Shown here piece after piece: positions 19,376-30,300 of a stretch of DNA of 64,000 bases. Made by a program: the position numbers and the translations under genes. The first letter of the stretch is position 1. Each line of letters begins with the position of its first letter. Source of the DNA: Candidatus Kaiserbacteria bacterium. Lineage in GTDB: Bacteria > Patescibacteriota > Minisyncoccia > Phycocordibacterales > UBA918. The stretch covers positions 35,714-99,713 of the forward strand of contig JANPCG010000010.1 of NCBI GenBank assembly GCA_031430855.1, in the 5' to 3' direction. The notes below the pieces were generated by a model. That model saw nothing but the letters and a program-made list of their open reading frames with translations. It made no database searches and was not told the DNA's origin.

Positions 19376-21136
19376 ATGATTTCATTTCAGCTACAACAAA
19401 AAATTCAATTAATTAAAGTGCTCTATCTCACACTCACGCTTGTCACTGTTGTTCTAATTTTACCAACGGTCACTCTCGCTGCGACATTATCAGTTACCCC
19501 GGCGTCGGGTGTGTATTCAACCGGCGCCACATTTACGGTAAATGTGGTTGTTAATACAGCAGGGAAACCAATTAACGCAGCTGATGGAACGTTATCATTT
19601 AACCCTCGGGAATTGTCTGTAGTTTCGGCGTCTCGCGGCGCTTCAATTTTTAATCTCTGGACAGCAGAACCGACATTTTCAAATTCTGCCGGAACGGTCA
19701 CCTTTGGTGGAGGTTTACCAAGTGGGTATACGGGCGCTGGAGGAAATGTAATGACGGTTACGTTTAAATCACTCACGTCAGGTGCTGCTCGGGTGTCACT
19801 TACGGGCGCTTCAGTCTTGGCCGCTGATGGACGCGGGACGAATGTTTTAACCTCGATGAGTGGCGGCACGTATACTCTCAGTGCGCCAACGTCCCAACCA
19901 GCACAAGAGGTGATTGTAGAGTTTGTTGCTCCTGCGAACACTCCGGCAGCTCCAGTCGTTACGTCAAAGACTCATCCAAGCCCAAATCAATGGTCTCAGG
20001 CAAAAGTAGCGGAACTTACCTGGATCCTTCCAGCAGGAGTTACCGGTGTGCGAACACTTTTAAATGAATCTCCCGTTTCAGTACCAACTAAAGTATATGA
20101 CGAACCTTTGCGCTCTATCACGCTCCCTGATTTAGATGAGGGGATTTCATATTTCCATGTGCAATTTAGAAACGCTGATGGTTGGGGTAAGGTAGCTCAC
20201 TTTAGGTTAGCAGTTGATAGTGCAAAGCCTTCATCTTTTGAACTAAAGCTTGAAGAAGGAGCTGATGTAACAAAATCAAAGCAAGCTCTGATTGCACTGG
20301 TTGCAGACAAAACATCAAACGTTCTACGATTTAAGGTTCAGATTAATGGGGCCGAGCCATACGAATACATTCGGCCATATGCGACCGCTACCATTCCACT
20401 TCATGACCTGAAACCAGGCAACCAGACGATTGTCGTTGAAGCCTTTGACGAAGCAGGGAATTCAATTGTGAGTACGTACTCATTTGTTATTAGTTCGTTT
20501 GAAAAACCTATTTTTACAGAGTTTCCTAGTGAATTATCCGCCGGAGTGACACCTGTAATTCGAGGTACTACTCGTCCTGAATCAACCCTTTCGATTACCA
20601 TTACGCCAACTAATGGTGAGGCTCGTACAGAAAGTACTCGTAGTGATAGTAGTGGGGCCTTTACCTTTGTCTCTTCAGCTCCATTTTCAACCGGAGTCTA
20701 TCAAGTGGCCGCTACAGCGATTGATAATGAAGGTTCACAAAGTAAACCTTCAGATACTCTCACCATCACCGTAAGAGAGCCGGGGTATGTCATCGTAGGC
20801 ACATTTTTGATTAATGTTCTTTCTGTTATTATTCCGTTAATTGCCCTTTGTGTTCTTACGTGGATTGTACTGGTATATTCACTTAATCGACTCAGAACGC
20901 TGCGACGAAAGGTTCTTATTGAGTCGGATGAAGCTGTTCTTGTGTTGCGAAAACAATTTATCCATGTCTATGAAGTATTAGACGAAGAAGAACGCAAACT
21001 TGTCGGTTCGCGCAAGACACAAAAATTAACAGAGGCGGAAGCACATTTGATTGAATCGATGCGAATAGCTCTTCATGAGGCTGAGAGCAAGGTGGCGAAA
21101 GAAGTTGAAGATGTCACAAAAATAATTACAAAATAA
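19376..21136 (+). CDS. Membrane-anchored protein: cohesin-like module, Ig/Fn3-like domains, a C-terminal TM helix and a cytoplasmic coiled-coil tail.
   Basis: The cohesin-like block is LSVTPASGVYSTGATFTVNVVVNTAGKPINAADGTLSFNPRELSVVSASRGASIFNLWTAEPTFSNSAGTVTFGGGLPSGYTGAGGNVMTVTFKSLTSGAARVSLTGASVL. The TM is FLINVLSVIIPLIALCVLTWIVLVY, followed by a charged helical tail. Confidence 0.7.
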   Translation: MISFQLQQKIQLIKVLYLTLTLVTVVLILPTVTLAATLSVTPASGVYSTGATFTVNVVVNTAGKPINAADGTLSFNPRELSVVSASRGASIFNLWTAEPTFSNSAGTVTFGGGLPSGYTGAGGNVMTVTFKSLTSGAARVSLTGASVLAADGRGTNVLTSMSGGTYTLSAPTSQPAQEVIVEFVAPANTPAAPVVTSKTHPSPNQWSQAKVAELTWILPAGVTGVRTLLNESPVSVPTKVYDEPLRSITLPDLDEGISYFHVQFRNADGWGKVAHFRLAVDSAKPSSFELKLEEGADVTKSKQALIALVADKTSNVLRFKVQINGAEPYEYIRPYATATIPLHDLKPGNQTIVVEAFDEAGNSIVSTYSFVISSFEKPIFTEFPSELSAGVTPVIRGTTRPESTLSITITPTNGEARTESTRSDSSGAFTFVSSAPFSTGVYQVAATAIDNEGSQSKPSDTLTITVREPGYVIVGTFLINVLSVIIPLIALCVLTWIVLVYSLNRLRTLRRKVLIESDEAVLVLRKQFIHVYEVLDEEERKLVGSRKTQKLTEAEAHLIESMRIALHEAESKVAKEVEDVTKIITK

Positions 21137-21145
21137 CTATACTGT

Positions 21146-21811
21146 ATGAAATTATCATTCCCCAATTACCTCATTGTTAGTATAATTTTGATAGCCGTTA
21201 TCGGATACATACTAGTGGATAGATACATTGATACAAAAACCCAAACAGCCCGAGTGTCTATCGAAGAAACTATTGCTGAACAACAAAAACGGTTGGTTAA
21301 CACAGCAGATATGACGAAGCAAATCAAATCCGATGAACGTATTAAAACCTACTTGTCAGATTGTGAGCCAGCAAAACGAGATCGTTTTGATGTGCTTCTT
21401 GATAAACTTTCCGTTACAATAACCGGAGCAGAGCTTGATGAACTCAGCGTGCTCTTCTATCAGTGTGGCAGTTATTTTTCTGATGTGAAATCAACTATGG
21501 CCGGAAAACTTTCCCGCGAAGTTGAAATTCTTGTCGATTACGTGTCTCTTCAGGGAAAAATTACAGCAACCGATGAATCACAGTCGCGGCGCGTCGAAAT
21601 GTGGAGAAAAGTTGCAGATGCTGAACAAAAAAATGCCGCCTTTTTTGCTGACTTGGTGACGTACCAAGAACAAATTATCGAAGCCTTACGGAATGGTAAA
21701 TTGGCGTCCTCGCCTGAGGTGGTCGAGATTGCAAAAAAAGCCCAAACAACTCGTGAACAAATGTTAGTATTGAATCAACAAATTGATTCCTATCGCAAGG
21801 AAGCAATCTAA
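21146..21811 (+). CDS. Hypothetical protein, N-terminal TM anchor plus a helical domain.
   Basis: The N-terminal TM is LIVSIILIAVIGYILV. The rest is charged and helical. It is tightly packed between the cohesin genes. Confidence 0.55.
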   Translation: MKLSFPNYLIVSIILIAVIGYILVDRYIDTKTQTARVSIEETIAEQQKRLVNTADMTKQIKSDERIKTYLSDCEPAKRDRFDVLLDKLSVTITGAELDELSVLFYQCGSYFSDVKSTMAGKLSREVEILVDYVSLQGKITATDESQSRRVEMWRKVADAEQKNAAFFADLVTYQEQIIEALRNGKLASSPEVVEIAKKAQTTREQMLVLNQQIDSYRKEAI

Positions 21812-21814
21812 ACT

Positions 21815-22567
21815 ATGAACCCACTTAGGCATATACTCCGATACGTTTTTCCGACCGCCACATTACGTAACTCGGTTACTGTCCGTTATGCCTTTTCTTT
21901 TCTTTTTCTCTTTGCTGCCCTGGTTGGAATGGCTACGGTGGTTGGAAAAGATGGAACCTACATAAAAATCATTACCCCTAATACGACCGTTGAGTCAGGG
22001 ACAGTCTTCCCAGTTGATGTATACGTGTATGCGGCAACGCCAGTAAATGCCGTTGATATTTCTGTTTCATTTACCGCTAGTCAAATTGAAATATTGGGAA
22101 TTGATAAAGGTGAGTCAGTAATTACATTATGGACCGAAGAGCCATCGGTTAAAGGAGGTAGTGTCATTCTGCGCGGAGGAACGTACAAACGTGGTTTTGT
22201 GGGCGAACATAAAATTGCCACGATAAACGCGAAGGCTCTTACAACTGGTAACGCAGAGTTTATAATTAATAATGTTAAAATCTTAGCCGGAGACGGAAAG
22301 GGGACAGAAATTGCTACCGACCTCACCCGGGGAAAAATTATAACTACTATTACTAAACCAGGAGAAAGCAGTGGTATTACGCTCCAAGGTGATGGTGCAA
22401 TTGTTGTTATTACTGATATTGATGGTGATGGTACTGTTTCGCTTCGTGACATTAGTTCATTTATGGCTAGTTGGGCAAATAAAGATACCGTGTATGACTT
22501 TAACGGAGATGGAAATATGACCTTTAAAGATTTTTCAATAATTTTGGCTGATTTTTTCCTTAAATAA
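21815..22567 (+). CDS. Protein with an N-terminal TM helix, a cohesin-like module and a C-terminal dockerin-like module.
   Basis: The cohesin-like region is TYIKIITPNTTVESGTVFPVDVYVYAATPVNAVDISVSFTASQIEILGIDKGESVITLWTEEP...ATINAKALTTGNAEFIINNVKILAGDGKG. The dockerin-like C-terminus is DIDGDGTVSLRDISSFMASW...DFNGDGNMTFKDFSIILADFF. Confidence 0.65.
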   Translation: MNPLRHILRYVFPTATLRNSVTVRYAFSFLFLFAALVGMATVVGKDGTYIKIITPNTTVESGTVFPVDVYVYAATPVNAVDISVSFTASQIEILGIDKGESVITLWTEEPSVKGGSVILRGGTYKRGFVGEHKIATINAKALTTGNAEFIINNVKILAGDGKGTEIATDLTRGKIITTITKPGESSGITLQGDGAIVVITDIDGDGTVSLRDISSFMASWANKDTVYDFNGDGNMTFKDFSIILADFFLK

Positions 22568-22682
22568 GGTTCTGGTGTGTTGATAAAAGGTTTTTTTGAT
22601 TGCAAAATAACTGGTATTCTATACTAGATGGGGAAAGTATAGCTCACCGTGAATGGGCTATTAATTTAGGCTGTAAAAGCCA

Positions 22683-24332
22683 ATGAATGTAAGAAATCAA
22701 ACCACAAAAGAAAAAACTATCTACCGCGGGTACATCTACCGTCAGGTATTTCAGACCAACTTCTCGCAACTGGTAGTTTTGTTGTTGCTTGTTTCAATTT
22801 TTTTACAACCAATAGAACGTACTCACGCCAGCGAAGTAGTCGACCCGTCCGGAGAAGTGGTTCCCGTAGTAACCATATTAGAAGAAGAGTCTCTTGCAGA
22901 ATCGACAAATATATTAACTGAGGAAGCGGCTTTAGTTTCACCAGAAGTAACCGGAGAATCAGAAGAAGAGGTAATAGAAGTTGCTACTGAAAATTCATCT
23001 GCCGTAATGACTGTTGAAGAGGGAACTACAACCGAAAAAACTCAGGCTGTGGTGATAGATACACCCGAAACACCAACTGAAGAAGTGGCTCTCCCTCCGA
23101 CTGCAATCGAAGAAACGATTGCAGAGTACACCGCTCCTCTTGGTGAGTTACCGCCCGACGTGCCTGCAGTAGATGCGGCCGGTAATGTTACTGATAGTGA
23201 AGCATCTATAAACCTTGTAGAAGAGTCTGTATTAGAGCCGACTGCAACAACAACTATCTTGGCCGAATCTGCCATTGCGGTTTCTACGGTATCAAGCGAT
23301 GGAATGATTCAATTTGATAAAAGTGATTGTATTACGGTCGCTGATGGATCTTTTTACTGTCAGCCGCAGAAGTCATCAACTGAGCTTGCTGAAGATGGAC
23401 TATTTGCTTTACCAGACCGCGATGGTGATTTAGAAATTTATATACAAAAGGCTGGTGAATTAAGTCAAATTTCCTTTAATGAAGTTGATGACGCTGCTCC
23501 GTACTTTGATTCGCTTTCAAATACTCTTGTGTGGCATCGGCTGGTTAATGACCGGTATCAAATTGTAGCGTTTGATATTGCTACTGGTGAAGAATCGTTA
23601 CTCACTTCAGATACTGTCAATAATATGGAACCTACGCGAGCTGGTAAATATACCGTCTGGCAACGTTGGAGTGGAGATAATTGGGATATTGTATTGTATG
23701 ATGGCAAAAATTCTACCATTCTCACAACCGCACTTGAACATGATATTGCACCAAAAGTGCGTGGCAATCTTGTAGTCTGGAACCGATTAAGTTTTGATAG
23801 ATCACAGACCATTGAACTGTATGATATTGAAACGGGAGAATATACTACTATTAATGATAAAGAAGGTGGAAAAATCTCAAACCCCCGTATGGTGTTAGTA
23901 TATGAATCCACTTTTGACAATGGAGATATTGTTACTAAAGGCTACGATATAGAAACCAGAGAAATTACACCACTTAATGCTACTCCAATTGAAATTCCTG
24001 AAGAAATTCCTACTCCAGATTCAACCGGAGAAACGAGAGCATTTATCCAAGGTAAAACAACTACAAAAGAAGAAGCAGAAAGTATTGATTTTGCATCATC
24101 GACACCAACTATAAATGGTCCAGATCCAGAAGCCGTTCAAGCTACGAGTACCATTACGGTAGAACTCTCATCTAGCACCGCTCCTGTGTACGCAAGCACT
24201 ACCGGGGCAGCGGTCGAGCTGACACTTGATTTGCGACCCGCAGACATAGAAAGTACAACAGAAATCATTGATATTGTTGTACCACCATTTACTGCTGTTG
24301 GTACTGCTACTCTAGGAGAAGTAAATCAATAA
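22683..24332 (+). CDS. Acidic, membrane-anchored protein with TolB/PD40-like beta-propeller repeats.
   Basis: The N-terminal TM is LVVLLLLVSIFL. A Glu/Thr-rich acidic linker follows. Repeated ~40-aa units (LVWHRLVNDRYQIVAFDIATGEE; YTVWQRWSGDNWDIVLYDGKN; LVVWNRLSFDRSQTIELYDIETGE) are typical of PD40/WD-like propeller blades. Confidence 0.6.
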   Translation: MNVRNQTTKEKTIYRGYIYRQVFQTNFSQLVVLLLLVSIFLQPIERTHASEVVDPSGEVVPVVTILEEESLAESTNILTEEAALVSPEVTGESEEEVIEVATENSSAVMTVEEGTTTEKTQAVVIDTPETPTEEVALPPTAIEETIAEYTAPLGELPPDVPAVDAAGNVTDSEASINLVEESVLEPTATTTILAESAIAVSTVSSDGMIQFDKSDCITVADGSFYCQPQKSSTELAEDGLFALPDRDGDLEIYIQKAGELSQISFNEVDDAAPYFDSLSNTLVWHRLVNDRYQIVAFDIATGEESLLTSDTVNNMEPTRAGKYTVWQRWSGDNWDIVLYDGKNSTILTTALEHDIAPKVRGNLVVWNRLSFDRSQTIELYDIETGEYTTINDKEGGKISNPRMVLVYESTFDNGDIVTKGYDIETREITPLNATPIEIPEEIPTPDSTGETRAFIQGKTTTKEEAESIDFASSTPTINGPDPEAVQATSTITVELSSSTAPVYASTTGAAVELTLDLRPADIESTTEIIDIVVPPFTAVGTATLGEVNQ

Positions 24333-24389
24333 ATCACTCTCTACAGTCCCCCTGTTTCCGTGACGCTTAAACCATGCGAGAATAAAGGA

Positions 24390-27300
24390 ATGCGGAATTT
24401 TCCTGCGTTTTTTGGTCGTAAAAACAATTATAGTCGAGGTGTTACACTAACGCTTCTCTTGACTATTTTAGTGAGTCAAATCTCCTTCGTTTCTTTTTTG
24501 CTTCCAACCGTGGTTGAAGCAGCGGTTGTTACTATTGATGGTGACGCTAACCAAAACTCAACTTCGCATTTGTTCTCAGGCGGTCAGACCGTTTTTATTT
24601 CTGATCAGGTGGGTTACAAGTTTTTTCGCGATAATCCATCAGCCGGTCCATGCGTCTATCGTAAAACGACAAATGGCGGAACGAGCTGGGGGGCCGCGGT
24701 GACAGTCGACGCTCAAACCGACTGTGCGGGGATAGTTGTGTGGTACGACCAATGGACACCAGGAGACTTTGGTAATTCAATTCATATAGCCACAATGGAT
24801 ACTGCGGCCGCGATTGACAATTTGTTTTATAACCGACTGGATACTAATACTGATACTCTTTTGATGGGTACCGCACCAGCAAATGCTACCGCGAGTTCAT
24901 CCCAGGGCGGTACCTACGCAGTGGGTACTAATGCTCACACGATCACGAAAGGAACTGACGGAACTCTCTATCTAGCTTCTCAAGATGCTTCTGATTCTTT
25001 TGTGGTTCGGTGTTCAGCGAGCTGTAACGCGGCTGGATCATGGACAGAGGCAGGTACAGCGCCAATTGGACTTACGAACGATTGGAATATTCTCATGCCT
25101 CTTTCTGGAGGTAATATCCTCCTGCTAAATCGAGCTAACACGTTAGATGATATTCAGTCAAAAATATGGAATGGATCAAGTTGGAGTGGCAGTTGGACGA
25201 CGATTGACTCAAATGCGATTGAGAATACTACGTACGACGTCGGGATGGCTGCGACTATTGATCATAGTACGGGTGATATTTATCTAGCCTATGCTGCTGA
25301 TAATGACACTTTTACGGTAGCTGACCACGATCTTCGTACCGCAAAGTATACAAGCGGGTCATGGACAAGTGGCACTGCTGTGTTTACCAATCGTGCCGGA
25401 ATTGGTTTATTACAGACTGCTATTTCAGTTGATTCAAACACGAGTACAATATATCTTGGATATACCATGCGTACCACTCCCGGTACGGCAGCGAGCGCTA
25501 ACGTCTACTATGCAACCGGTACAGCTGCTCTCAGTAGTTGGGGAGCTGAACAAGGTCCCGTTAATACTACGTCTGCCAATCTCTACGGAGTTGATTTCAA
25601 TATTATGAGTGATGAACGTATTTATGCTTCGTGGTTCGATGCTACCCTCTTTGATATTTTAGGTAATACGGTAGCTGATATTTCACCCGTCGTTAAGGTA
25701 AGTACGCGCGGAATACCGACAGCTTCTGTTACTGCAAGTACGAGTAATGTGTATCTTGGAGGAACTTTCGTCATTAAAGAAGGTCAGACCACTCGCAATG
25801 TTACTGATATAGTTATCTCTGAATCAGGTACGATTGATGCGGAGAATGCTATAAAAAACGTTTCTTTGTATTATGACCTTGATACTACAGCACCATATGA
25901 CTGCGCGAGTGAAAGCTACGTGGGCAGTGAATCAAAGTATGGGAGTACAGATACTAATGGATTTTCAAGCGCAAATGGCGTTTCGTCATTTGTTGACGTT
26001 GTTTCAATATCAGCCACACAAGCATTGTGCGTGTACGTTGCGGCAGATGTTACTGACGCTGCTCTAGATGGTTCAACAGTTCGACTATCAGTGTCGAATC
26101 CACCGAGTGATGTATTAGTTTCGGGCGGAGCGATTGCAACACCGCTCATTCCGGTTGGTTTCGTTGCTGGTACAAATGTTTTTAATGACCAACTTTCTCA
26201 GGGTCATTATCAGTTTAGAAATGATAATGGTAATGAAGCAGGTGCGACGTCAGCAACAGGTGGAACGCAAGATACTCCGCTTGGTGCAATTCAACCTAAT
26301 TCTCCGAAACGATTGCGAATTGCCGTATCTAATGAAGGCTCAATTTCAACACCAGTCACACAATTTCGTCTTGAATATGCGGTTGCTGCCCCTACTTGTG
26401 ATGTTGCTTCAAGCTGGACTGATGTCGGAGCAACAAATGATGCATGGAATATGTTTGATTCTACCTTCGTAACAGATGGCAGTAATACAACTGATATCGC
26501 CACCAGTACCGGTGGAACCACAAACGAAAATACTACCTTTTTGACTCCAAACGGGGGAGTGCGCGACACAACTTCACAAACTGGTTCATTAACACTTACT
26601 AACGCTAATTTTGTTGAGCTTGAGTACTCGATAGTTGCTTCTACAACTGCCATAGAAGGTGCTACCTATTGTTTTCGAGTTACCAATGCCGGGGCTCCAC
26701 TCCCGCAGTATTTAGTCTACCCCAGTGCGACCATATCTGCCGACGCCACTCTCAGTGCAGCCGGGTCTCAAGTTACTAGTGCGGTAATTCCAGAACTAAA
26801 TCTCTACGTTGGAGGTAAATTTGGCATTCGTGAAAATCTCAGTAGTAGAACTGTAACCAATATAACAATCACAGAGACGGGTTCTGTTGATGGACAGCTT
26901 AATCTTGATAACATACGAATTGCGTATGATCTTGATACAAGTGCACCTTATGATTGTGCAAGTGAGTCGTATGTAGGAGGGGAGGCACAGTTTGGAGCCA
27001 TTGATACAAATGGATTTTCTTCAGCAAATGGAAGTTCTACGTTTGCCGGTAGTGTGAGTATTACAACCACTCAATCAATCTGCGCCTATGTCGTTCTTGA
27101 TGTTGTCAGTTCAGCATTAAATGACGACACCGTTAAAATTGGTATTGCATCTGGAGGGAATGATATTACTGTATCAAGTGGATCGGTCTCGCCCTCGACA
27201 CCTGTCTCACTTACGGGAACTACGACTCTTTCAGGATCAGTAGTTGCCCAAACTGCCTATCACTTTCGTAATGACAACGGAAGTGAAACTGGTGCAACTT

Positions 27301-30300
27301 CAGCAAGTGGGGGTATTGAAAATACACAAGTTACTAATCACTCGCAAAATACTCAAATACGCCTTCGTCTTGGAGTCAGTAACGAAGGGGTGGCAACATC
27401 TACTAATGCCTTCTATCGACTAGAGTTTGGACCTAAAATTACTACGTGTAGTTCTGTAGCGATATGGACGAGTGTTGGAGCCGCTGCTGATGACTGGAAT
27501 ATGTTTAATTCACCTAATATTACTGAAGGAAACAACACCACAAATATTGCTACCTCAAGCGGCGGAGTAACAGACGGAAACACTTCTTTTTTGGTCGTAA
27601 ATGGTGGTCTTCGTGACACGTCTGCGACCACATCAGCTATAACGTTAAGTAGTACTCAATTTACAGAACTTGAGTATAGTATTACTTCCTCAGCTTTGAC
27701 AGCGTTTAATACAACTTATTGTTTCCGCGTTTCTAACGCTGGGAATCCGCTCCCGCAATATGATACGTATGCAGAAATTACAACTGCACCGGCTCGCGAC
27801 TTTAAAGTACAACGCGGCGATGTAGTAATTACAAGTACCAGCTCTACGTTAGTTGCTGGTGTAGATTACGTCGCCCCAACAGCTTCCTCTACTGCATTTA
27901 TACGTATCACAAACGCGCATCATACGGGAGCTGGTCGAATCACTCTTGGTGCAGCACAAAATGCACGAGACGTGACAGCCTATATCGTAAACCCAACCAA
28001 CATTCAAACGAGTGTTACGATTGCTCGTCCCGCCTTTACCCTTAATAACACTCGAGTCTCATGGGAAATTGTTGAATTTATTGCCGCCACCGGTACTGAT
28101 AATGAAATGATTGTCCGGTCTGCCGGTTCATTACAAATGCCGACCGCATCAACGTCTGCTACAGGTACGGCGATATCATCAGTTGTTGATGATAGTAAAG
28201 TGGTTGTTTTTATCACGGGGCTCTATAACCGCGATGCCGGACGAAATGTGTATTATGCCGGACAAATAACAACCTCATGGGACGCGACAAATAACCGGCC
28301 AATTTTTACGCGTGGTGCCGGAGGAGCGATTATTGATGTCAGTTATGCAGTTGTTGAATATACAGGCATCAATTGGCAAATTCAAAGAATTGAACATACG
28401 TATAGTGCTACCAATACGATTGAAACTAAAGCGATCGCTCCCGTTAATAGTTTGGCGCGTACTTTTATCCATTCTCAAAAGCGTGTTGGCGCACTTGGTA
28501 ACGTTGACAATTTTGGACATGAAGTATGGCTGTCGAGTATTGGGGCAGTGTCGTTTCGTCTTGAAGCAGGAGCGTCAACTCCAACGAGTCATGTTTCAGT
28601 GGCATGGGTAATAGAAAACCAACAAACGAGTGCCGGGGCTATGAAAGTGCAGCGCAGTAATGGAAACACTACTGATGGAACTGAGCCGGTAGTTTTAGCA
28701 GTAGATATATTTACCCCTATTGCGGCACTTAATAATTCTTCTATATTTTTGAACACGAGGGTAGTAGGAGCAAACTCAAACTTTCCTCTGCCGATGGCCG
28801 GCGCCAGTATTGTTTCTACCTCTTCGTACAATATATGGCGAAGCGAGGCAACTGGTGGGTTATTAACCTATCGAACTGAAATTGTTGAGTGGCCAACTAA
28901 TGGACTGGCGGTCCGACAAAATTATTACCGTTTCTATTCTGATAATAACGCTCTTATTCCAACTGATGCTTGGCCACCAGGACCAACAAATTTGGGTGAA
29001 AATACATCCATAACAGCGCTAGATGAACCGCTAGGAGATGGTGATCGGGTGCGATTACGCATGACTGCTCGGGTGGCAAACGCGAACCTTCCCGCCGGAC
29101 TCTATGACTTTAAATTGCAATACGGTCAGAGAATATCGTCATGTTCTGCGATTGCAAGTTGGTCTGATGTTGGATCAACCACGAGCGGCACAATTTGGCG
29201 TGGCTATAATGCTCCCGGGGTAACAAATGGAGTCGTGCTATCAACTGACCCTCCTACTGGCGGTGACTTATTACTGTCGGTTAGCGATGTGGCTGGAAAC
29301 TACGTAGAGCTAAATCCATCTCCGACAAATCCTTATATTGTTGAACCAGGAGAAGATGTAGAGTTTGATTGGCACCTCGAAGATAATGGTGCACTGGAAC
29401 GAACTAGCTACTGTTTTCGCATGATAAAGAGTGATGGTGCTACTTTAGATGGGTACTTTAATTACCCTCAAATCAGAACTGCGAGTTTTACACCGGCGGG
29501 AAAAAAATGGCGTTGGTATGATGACACCGAGAACGAAACGCCAAGCACTCCTTTATCTGCTGAAGAAGTCGCTCCAATTGAAATCGGAGCCAATAACCCG
29601 ATAGCACTACGTATTACAGTTGATGAAATCAAAAATGTACAAGGTCTTAATATAAAATTCAAATTACAATTTGATGAGAGTAGTTTGTTTACTAATCCAC
29701 GTGATGTTGTTGCTACGAGTTCATGTGTTGCTACTTCGACCTGGTGTTACAGTACAGGCGGGGGTGTAAATAACACTAAAGTTACCTCCCGCGTTCTTTC
29801 CGATTCTGATCCATGCATCGCAAGTGTTGGTATTGGATGTGGTACACACAATAATTCGCCCACCTATACAACAGGCGATACACATCCGTCTGGTGCTCTC
29901 CGTGAATATTCATTTTATCTTGAACAACGTTCTGCCCGTGTTGGTGCAGTGTACTATTTTAGACTCTACGAAACGTTAAACAGTCTCCCCGTTGCGCCCG
30001 CTTCAACCAGCACCTATCCGAGTCTGGTTGCAGAAAGTGCAACGCTGTTTCTTACGGTATCGGGGTTGCCTGCCGGAACAACGACAGCGGGCGTAGTCAC
30101 GGCTGCCTCATCAACACCTAACACAATTGCTTTTGGCTCACTCCCACTCAATACTGACGTAAATGCAGCTCATCGCGTGACACTTGATACGAATGCTACA
30201 CAAGGGTACCGCGTACTCACGTATGCACGACAACAACTCATAAACTCATATAACACTGCAATTCCATCAATTATTGGTTCAAATGCGACACCTACCAGTT

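Noticed and set aside
22081-23275. Minus-strand ORFs 22081-22605, 22717-22941 and 23042-23275.
   Set aside because: They are antisense to well-supported + strand genes (the cohesin/dockerin protein and the acidic propeller protein) and have no motifs.
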